DNA from: a virus
Length of the DNA stretch: 64,000 nt
IMG/VR virus record: IMGVR_UViG_3300042880_000288
Location: 32,001 to 96,000 of that record
Direction: 5' to 3' (one strand)
Shown here: positions 14,901-20,200 of the stretch, in pieces
Position numbering within the stretch: the stretch's first letter is position 1
How the letters are laid out: each line of letters starts with the position of its first letter
Notes under the pieces: model-generated
Database searches by the model: none
Seen by the model: only the letters and a program-made list of their open reading frames with translations
What the model was told of the DNA's origin: nothing
Translations under genes and position numbers: made by a program

Positions 14901-17214
14901 AAAAGAATCAACTGCACTAAGATCTGGAGGTTCTTTATCATATCAGTCTGCAGAAATTAATGGAAAAGGTGTTGAATATATAAATAGTACAGCTAGAGAA
15001 AATCAAATACTTGCTGAAAATCTTAATGAAATGAGAGACTCAGAAAACTATTTGTATTTTAGAATGTTAGCTGCAACAAATCCTGAAGTAGCTAGATTAA
15101 ATAAAGTAGCGAGAGAAATATTATATCCTCAAACCTATCAAGAACAATTAGTAGTTGGTGAAATTCTTATGGGGTATGATAATTTTGGTAGAGATTATAA
15201 AACAGGCCAGTCTTTATTATATAACTCTGGAGATTATATGATTACTCAACTTAAGAAAGATAATAAAGAAGTCTATATAACTAATTATGAAAAACAAGGA
15301 GACAAATTTGTAAATATCGGTTTTGAAGAATTGAATTTTACTGGATACAATGTAACTCTTAAAAATCTATTGGATCCAGAAGCAAAACCATTTGAAGTCT
15401 TTATACCAGATATTGTAGGTAATGATGATGCATCTACTAAACTTGCAGATTCTATTCATAAGTTAAACTATATGGGTAAGATTGCTGGTTATGGACAAGA
15501 TAAAGCTAAATATTTTGAAGCAGCTTCTAATTTATCTAAACAAGTATTATTTATGAATGACGTAAAAGGTTTAACTGATAAGTCTAAAATTAAAAAAGCA
15601 ATAGACTATGGTTATGCTCATACAATTCATAAATCTCAAGGTGGTACTTATACTAAAGTATTTATAAATGATCCTAGTATAACAGGATTAGTAGGATATA
15701 TTAAAGATAGAAGAAGACTTACCGATGATCAAGCACAAACTGTTGAAAGACAATTAAAGTATGTTGCTGTATCAAGAGCTACTGACTATGTATATATTTC
15801 AACTAATAGAAGTGCTGCAGGAAAACCTACTAGTTTTGATGATCCGGCCTCTGGAGATTTTGATACTGTAGGAACATTTAATATCAATGATTTAAATCCA
15901 CCATCTAATCCACCAATATCAGGAGAAAGAAAACCTATTGAACCAATAAATGCTCAAGAAATTGAAGATGGTTTAATCTTACAAAAAGGTGTTCTTACTA
16001 AAGAAGAACAAAAACAATTCTTTCAATTTGGTAAAACAGTTCTAGAAAAGAATGGTTATAATCCTTTTGCACAATATGTTATGGCCTCTGCTGGTAAAAT
16101 GGAATGGAGTCCTGAATTTGTAGTTGATAAAAATGGAAAAGGTGTAGATAGACCAGGAAATTATAATACTGGAATCATTCAAATTAAGAAAAACCTAGGA
16201 GGAAGAGACAGTAAAGAAAAAAGATGGAATTATAATTACTACCTCACTAATTTTGATGGTACTACTATAGCTCCAATACCAAATAATATTATAAGTATAC
16301 TAGAAAAAGTTACAGGTCAAGATATGTCTGACTATGATACAGTTCTAATTAACTTATATCCATTAGGTAGAACACTTGGTTGGCATCAAGATATAACTGA
16401 AGATTATAGAAACATGGATAGAGATATTATATCTGTATCTATTGGAGCAGATGCTGATTTTACTTACAATAAAAGAGATAAATTAAGTTATGCTCCTGCA
16501 GCAGATAGTATTCCTGATGGTGTTGTTAATTTAAAGAGTGGGGATGTTATGAGTTTTGGTGGTAAATCTAGACTTGTTCAACATACTGTAACTAATGTAA
16601 CAGGTCAGACAGATTTAGGAACCATAAATCTTGCTAACTCTAATGTAAATAAATATTTTAATGGTGGTTTAAATTTATCTAACTGGAGAATGAACTTTAC
16701 ATTTAGAGTAGCTGATTCTAAAAATAATAATGGTAAAAGAGGATTAGTTTCTACAGTAATTCCAGGTATTAAAAAGTTTGAAGGACAAATGACCTATGCT
16801 TATGGTCAAAATAAAAGAGCTGGTGTAATAGCTAATACAACATTTGATGCCATATTAACGGGTGAAAGAACAGCTACTACAAGATATGAAACTTCAGATA
16901 ATATTGAATACTGGAAAAAAGCCAAAGTTGGAGATATTATTACATGGAAATCTGATGATGGCCGTACTGTAGATGTAGAAGTAACAAGACCACTACATAA
17001 ATTAGTGGGGTCAGGTAAAACACCAACTGATTGGAGCCAACTTGAAGGCTGGTCAATATCTTATTTTAATGAAAAGGTTAGACCTAAACTTGATAAAGCT
17101 TGGCAAATTGAGTTTAAATTACCTGCACCGCCTGCTGCTGAAACAGAAATTAATGATAACTTTATTGATCCTTTTGAAGATGATCAAGAAAATAATTGTG
17201 CATATCCTTTTTAA
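2995..17214 (+). CDS. Giant virion-packaged DNA-dependent RNA polymerase polyprotein (crAss-like two-barrel RNAP) with zincin motif, cpYpsA-like SLOG, RecD/Dda-like SF1B helicase, AlkB 2OG-Fe(II) dioxygenase and ASCH-like domains
   Basis: HEAWH (5818-5832); EGDGQGY, GSKVG, RIPVQG and GGDYDVDKL (DxDxD at 10669-10683); NHSGGA...GGTGYAVQMA..GKPVYVFD...FAGIGSR; GYAGTGKT, DESSM, GDPGQL, HKSQG, YVAVSRA; INLY..LGWHQD...SVSIG...HTV...RMNFTFR; FDAILTGERTATTR. Confidence 0.88.
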   Translation: MKITCALSKEHLLKLAAVIYKDIESYQAENKAYDARVLMNQLYDKLNKAQGQEVALSYMQQMPFLVGQIAFKESTELIEDFAINDLFKLNKEFRNEDSGVQSLLNFFGKTIDASTLKLLADAELNNPVENDGPPIAEEPPIEKFTDKRLKVLVDNAISTTWEEFLEMDPNLKVDETIENVDPAKTTVYNTLDRLRKLTSGGTALDTIVMDDNKVKLRVWSLNAFPQDLLYQKTKDLKQRINTFQSGKAKDQGEVKPVTEQFMVVLTNEKGQILYFNEAGVVTPKENGGKPVYQMLRDVRLEKGGEYRVTDIYGREDMILGSAQTAQARVKQMGYKSIDMFEKSEGVKFSDFVNQIEEERQAKFKEYYDFRQSLIGMPANRQIFLPLVDVSNGVRNGRVRPGTMNINNLRSFTPEQAEAILQSITLLDTDYITEDRTLKANTSAVQINGEVFEVDRPDISTDLATKIAKVLTSKDLSITSKLDFVQQFLDNALDEDVRRHFIKYDADQKKLRFLYRTYINAQFKEIKKTNPKAANTWLEVDLTGGPAAEAKIIEVLLKGKGTLKKENNKIVLDKNGIPEVGRYYPAKIKYDKGLLQDGTYFDYIEDPNKPGEYMFSVGSYKTGLLPTMDAKIVLGKSKSIPLFNSYMIFAIPNAFSESIDQIKDENEIKGEPSEIRKKYNELVDILKNSPDQNPSLKATVTELGKITQTPTGNYRSIDITIEGQEGTFRLYRVVDTSAKVGDEISLILRDIEVQDGMGYPNTIVGVRDFEGRRYDFGFLQDSFRSKEYNEPSRQPVPLNTEAIEEAKEEEELDDITDTQSEVGESKDIPITPIEPGKGSIGRILDEDPGFVLDRKTWLSQSGITQEQLNNAKDWWENSSSGKLLNKYIELSVAADLVNSDVYAKFIAKGAWLLGYADYKLQPGKLGVIALNPRNGGNYVDVYHEAWHVFSQLFMTNEQRVKLYTEFRNSDPAYKDMSFFEIEERLAENFREYARNPKPVKSQPVRNTLFRKILNFLKQLFGKVSPKDIIDPNIMEIGMVNELFEALYFNNDNVLNKFSPSVDNLKWDELDRGVVVKTEEKNSKGKNIKVEVLNEQDGRALANTIDSVLSEIIDESSKFYNKKSGTVKILTDSYNKGLAYDKVRKKFIEDIKQWQKELLIKDAKFDTYTTLDQLDSNAFAVIRSKKGDHKYIFLRGQVESFKNLTADTKLGEREKGKLYKDNIEIVADYFEHDLIKDRKGRGASIIIVDSRQEAEDQFKNYIEIDPITNEQKAPSIQSIKFNEDRVAARLFTPEQQLKLDNIRIYETALKHWDSIIAHHENNSTFDIIKQKYILLEEDPSTNSSLDTTRANETRTGDKQIGEFTLQEMANKETVYILKSLFKKEKKGTGYVNVYDRFGNKQLADFRTVWNAVVRATNSAKDPQKIYDALVNAAKFSPELQQLIDYKLPLPNQVNQSSSEFDITTSFFTDFSRPKVPYIQLLAFDDGVEFSTEVTDAGIDVSKTLKIFEAKFRSDKNDSYIEKDNNISRLNLNAVLQNFRNKNSANLILDEDKAFKFLTSIGFYFDDLTAIKDELKDFNNRKYYYIPRIFETIKLVHEASLDPNLSKEGRELINKFRMSPLRVLRSGIPENVLGQKDSSLYKNGLSQKTIVDRLLTLQSKYGKTGSNFSVLNPERNRVNLHTDDNTATVIADAINQVSNKSDMWTKTQYRLLNSFNPAVNAFTNRSQIMKALFEPSNKRRTDRFLEIIMVAGTQLTLNDVFLSGTSTTSLDGQGKFLQDFHTFLKSGYLEFLRPGSKSSSFGFILRGGFPIDVKGMGKNKEQHLYADIDDFLTANNKETEVIERIILPYLAGELERINKFKENPKAKNYIGYNQKVTDSGKRAGEEYAIFEGILDDKTKSDLLEKINNSGIDLINYLKNDPDLKSSLIKQIKGYFTTRSTDVYNRLNEGKYVDPKLYNKVPGDLTKSEKEKVLAKTFMYNYWIHSVETQILFLGDISQYNHLKEELHKRTSGLISNGPRFRTDTAAQLFINNKALWAKSTYASTLPAEYQNFEYNGTFNTAIMEDITRDSEYLDIIKKGLEKDYAKRYALLPTAEAKKLIEERVAKEIAKYTADEIKEGDGQGYITVDAYRTLKKLQNRWSDQQEVLYQKVIKGSEITPAEYIELFPPYKLQYFGPLVAQTKDFANGTVLPVTAFHKFALVPLIPSWVKGSDLEVLHKEMLRNNIQYATFGSGSKVGAVTSDGELDKIYEPGSDNKKLKSKINFTKNTINVEYLKEVTSVPSKLKGKVIFSTQLRKLILEGLFIKGELVNGANKDIVEGYTSLVDSYTKLLKEELLTEIGYTKENGVYVGKPAKLLKLIKDNLAKKDYPSHLLDALKTNPDGSLKYDLSNFIDAQTIERTVLSIAENRFVKQKLKGEALVQVASSMTNGLWTAGNKFKAGSKEDVLKYMGTNNLPFYYPGEDGKTNAMKVAIALQGDFFNLLNLNDLDGQPIKTRERLNELIKQDEWLNKDNNRKAITMTAVRIPVQGLNSMEFMEVWEFLDPSASNIIIPPTELVAKSGGDYDVDKLTTFMPNIDKDGNVYTSDKNAKALLDSINEADSKDKMALIKQAKKVMENDLITSIRSILELPENYATLVRPNDTYMLKDIADELADVVVDYDKFQTVNRKFKEYRIVKGKKAISPTTTLEPLYNIDKFNGNMIGKAVLGIGANENAFSPLLNSIGAKMPLTYQESEFDPKINKYKDIKDGETYRTRLLLRHNKNADGTISLADVNSVDAVNKIADLFSQGMNGWVDVEKDQWIFYIQGNLEISPVLLYLLKAGVPVRDAVMFVSTPLIREYANKQRLLKSPYATLMGIAPTEPQFAQYNAANEVLSPAIDAYLKRTIDKAVFSGYSFDTASIAYYGLGPNGRKQLMTQEFKGTDDQVIKDQINDFLQYVDSNDVMRINFYQQADRRQNNKVYSKPRVSNKEIYNSAVQLSDNNLDSFGNFDKAKIEQLVKSKNDTDKYSDFSMAAFLHFIEIEKYLKGLGNVKRLSKPDTQTFKTIQEVLLRDLNIAYLNDYSKVDKTTFDRLRNDSILAALADKDIITQVISPLFSLRNSKQVLDQIVSTINTKTEALKERYGGLGADNISRFIEEYKNAINTFILQNFLSNNINSNGEIVLVPDTYKGFEVVTNENLETDVEVTEKDGKKLIRVNPKRIEADFKNKNYLVTSSSNNSYKSRGLEAFQVGDDVFESKSSYYRYVIEREYLKNKGFTKEELNSIALLNTYNPSVILRRGTYSFTDQLLESIQQFPELSKYPVVNQLSLYAFSNEFNVLTLNDKGLLDGAQADIYAQNIRELANPKIQKIANTKDNEKISRLFYMLQLMATYQHGSGPSIDGFNEILPQDSYLSVMNNASPLFTKYYFNEDTLEYIVDVLTADKLRIKNYTSMPTSNNTFVIEAKAEGAQPSIKPTTPTLTVNDPKDFTNHSGGAALSDTEWDQIGREFGVTNHKHYREPLDYVDTKGEAAKGSKTLDSKKLQAAGIEPTHISQKDYNEGAQKATKAFRMMYTDSENKSVRSAYIIRNWLQVKNADAIFALGTIKQPGENASDKAGETRIAAVPIVKGGTGYAVQMAINEGKPVYVFDGTKEGWYKYDYSIKNFVKTDTPTLTKNFAGIGSRTLSTKEVIDKSLQAIRDVYTQTFGAKQKSDGTTVKYKYYGAMYDIVVENGLGIDVLNYKGKPAKKAILLAYFNQNPNIDPQSTGPDPIVLSDEEINNDDTGNSDPTTGNTFTFADGYEIETPFKLNKEQEAALLKLEEFYNDPKKFNNEITLIGYAGTGKTSIMALFDKWLNKGWFGPNIVYTAPTHRANAVTKLKNPKIKVLTLHSLFGFGPEVDFEGMDYDVRDLQFANNRNGKIDKGQILIVDESSMITDELYDFLGQQKDKYDLKVIYMGDPGQLGPVQNKGGLTSKVFSNPTSSITLTKVERTGDNPILKESTALRSGGSLSYQSAEINGKGVEYINSTARENQILAENLNEMRDSENYLYFRMLAATNPEVARLNKVAREILYPQTYQEQLVVGEILMGYDNFGRDYKTGQSLLYNSGDYMITQLKKDNKEVYITNYEKQGDKFVNIGFEELNFTGYNVTLKNLLDPEAKPFEVFIPDIVGNDDASTKLADSIHKLNYMGKIAGYGQDKAKYFEAASNLSKQVLFMNDVKGLTDKSKIKKAIDYGYAHTIHKSQGGTYTKVFINDPSITGLVGYIKDRRRLTDDQAQTVERQLKYVAVSRATDYVYISTNRSAAGKPTSFDDPASGDFDTVGTFNINDLNPPSNPPISGERKPIEPINAQEIEDGLILQKGVLTKEEQKQFFQFGKTVLEKNGYNPFAQYVMASAGKMEWSPEFVVDKNGKGVDRPGNYNTGIIQIKKNLGGRDSKEKRWNYNYYLTNFDGTTIAPIPNNIISILEKVTGQDMSDYDTVLINLYPLGRTLGWHQDITEDYRNMDRDIISVSIGADADFTYNKRDKLSYAPAADSIPDGVVNLKSGDVMSFGGKSRLVQHTVTNVTGQTDLGTINLANSNVNKYFNGGLNLSNWRMNFTFRVADSKNNNGKRGLVSTVIPGIKKFEGQMTYAYGQNKRAGVIANTTFDAILTGERTATTRYETSDNIEYWKKAKVGDIITWKSDDGRTVDVEVTRPLHKLVGSGKTPTDWSQLEGWSISYFNEKVRPKLDKAWQIEFKLPAPPAAETEINDNFIDPFEDDQENNCAYPF

Positions 17215-17223
17215 TTAAATAAA

Positions 17224-20200
17224 ATGGCAAAAAATTGTAGAGATACTGAAAAATTTAAAACAGCTGAGGCATCTACTAAAGCTTGGTTTAAAACAAATGG
17301 TTTATTAGATAGATTTTTAAGAATCCCTGAAGGTAAATTAGTAAAGTTTAGAGAGGCTAATGCAGCTTTATCTAAAAAAGCTAATAATGAAATGAATATT
17401 CCAGGTAGACTCTTTACAGAACTTGAAGGAGGTACAAGAGCTTTACCAAACATAATGATGTTCCATAAGATAGATGCTTTTAAAGGTAAATTCTATCCGG
17501 GAAATAACTATTTAAAACCAGAATATTTACCAAGAGAAACTAGACCACTCTATGAAACTGTTGCCATTGATGAAGAAGCAGTTAGTGCTGAAAGAGCAGA
17601 CAAGTTATTTAATGCATTAGGTCAAAAATATGAGGCAGCCTTTGGTATACCATATGTTATGGTATCAGAATATGAGGCTAATATGATATTACAAAATAGC
17701 AATACTCCTTATAACAATCAACCAGGTTTCTTTTATGGAGACAAGGTTTATTTTGTTAAAGGTAAAGCTACTATGAACACAATGGTTCATGAATTCTCAC
17801 ATCCCCTTATAAAAGCTATTGCATTAAATAACCCTAAACTATTTAACAATCTATATGAAACTTTACTAAAAAGTGATACAGGTCAAGATATAGTGAATCA
17901 ATTAGTAGCTGAAGGTAAATTACAACCTGAGACTTCAAGATTTAAAGAAGAAGCCTTGGTTAGAGCAATGGAAAAAGATGCTGCTGAGAAGTTATCTAAT
18001 GTAGTTAAAAGTGACAGTGCCTTTAAGGAGTTCATAAACATGCTAATGTATGCTATTAAAAAGATACTTGCTGGCATGACTAAGATGGTTAGTCCTAAAA
18101 AATTAACTACTACAACTACACTTTCTGAACTAACTGATATGATGTTATTTGAAGACTTTCAAATGGAATCTATTAAGTTTGATAATACTGATTTTGCAGA
18201 CTTTGCATCTGAGTATGATGCTTTACTTGGTGCTTTACAAAACTCCACTGCTAAACAATTACAAGAAGCTATCAACAGAGCCTATACAGAAAGTACTTTC
18301 CAGTTAACCCAGTTAAGAAATGCTCCTTGGAAACTAAAAGAAGATTTAAGTAGAATTGGTGGAGAAAAAGTATTGAGATCTATCAGAGATCATTTGAAAA
18401 GATATCAAACTGTTTCTGCAGACTTATCTGATATTTCAGTAGATGAAATTTTAGATGCCATGGAATCTCAGCAAGAAGAGTTTAGAATAAGAGGTATTGC
18501 ACTTATTAATTCTATAAATGAAGCTAAGATATTCTCAGAAAAAATAGAACAGATATTGCAAGAAATGCAGACTAATAAGAGACATCTTACTGCTGCTGGT
18601 ATAGCCAAAGTACAATATTTTAGTGAGTATATTCAGAGGCAGAAAGAGTTTCTTACTGATGTAGAAAAAATATTAGGCCGGGGTAGGGACAATGAGTTTG
18701 TAAAAGAACTTAGATCAACTATCAATATTATCAATGATGCTTCTGACTTAATCAAAGAACTGAAGACAGATGTAGTCACAGAAATATTTGTGGATAATAC
18801 TGAGTTCATGCAAGAAGAAATGGATAGAAAGATTTCTGAAAGAATTAGGCAGATAGCTAAGGCAGATAATCTATCAGAAGCCCTGACAGAAGAACTTGTA
18901 AAAGAAATTACCAGTCTACCTAATGTAAAAAAATATGACATTGACTTAAAGAAATATCCTCTTAATCCTAAGAGAGCTCAAGTATTGGCTAATGAATTAA
19001 AAGAATACTTCTTTAAAAGATTAAATAGAGATGCTATTGAAAAATATTTAAGTGGTGAAACTGAAGACCTAACATTCTTTCAGGCTTGGTTAAACCCATA
19101 TCTATCTATGGATGATCCTTTAGGATCTTTTGTAAGATATATGAAGACTAAATTATCTGAGGCTGAGAACAAAAGTTTATCTCAAGCAAATGACATTGCT
19201 AATACTCTAGTTCCTTTATTAGATGCTGTAGGTTATAGTCCAAATAATACAGGCCAACTAGGTAAGATGTTATTACAAACAGATAAGACTGGTTACACTG
19301 ATTCTAATGGTGAGTTTGTTGAGTTTGAATTATATACTTTCTTAGATCAATTTATTAATTGGAGAAGAGATAAAGCTGAATTACAACACAACTTTGATAA
19401 AGCAAGAGAGAGTGGTGATAAAGAAAAGATTAAATCTGCACTACAAGCACTATGGGAGTTTGAAGAAAAGTACATGCACCGTAAGTATAAACAAGAGTAC
19501 TATGACCTTCAAAATATTTGGAAACAAGATAACACAGTTAGAAACCCAATCACAGGATTAGATGTTAGTGTTTCTGCTTCACTATCTACAGAAGCATTCT
19601 TAGAAAGACAATCAGGTTTGGATAAACTCAATCAATACAAACACGAGGCTTATACTGAAATGGATGACCTTTATGAGTTTACTGAATCAGATGCTGCAAA
19701 GGCAGAGTATGAGCAATTATATCAGATAACTAATGCAGATGGTACAAATAAAACCGGTGATGAACTTCTAAAAACTCTTGTAAGAAGAAAGTATAGATAT
19801 GAATCTAAAAGATTTTATGAGTATAGTTTGAATGAAGAAAGAGTTCAAAGAGACTACGACAATTATGTTCAGGAGTTAGCAGTTAGAGGTATAACCAAAG
19901 ATGCTAAACCTGAAGAGTGGAAAGCAGAAATGAAGAAGTTTATTGATAAAAACTTCCGTATTGCATATTCTGAAGATTATTATAGATCTAAGGAAGATCT
20001 TTTTACACGACTTACAGATATAACTAATAAGTATAAATCCCCCCTGGCAGATAAAATGAGAGATCTTTATCTAGAAAGATGGAGACTTACAAATGCTATT
20101 ACAGATAAGAATGGTACAACTAATGCCTTACAATATACTAATGCTGTATTAGAAAAAATTAAAGATCTAGAAGAAGAGATTGTTAAGCTTCAAGATCAGT

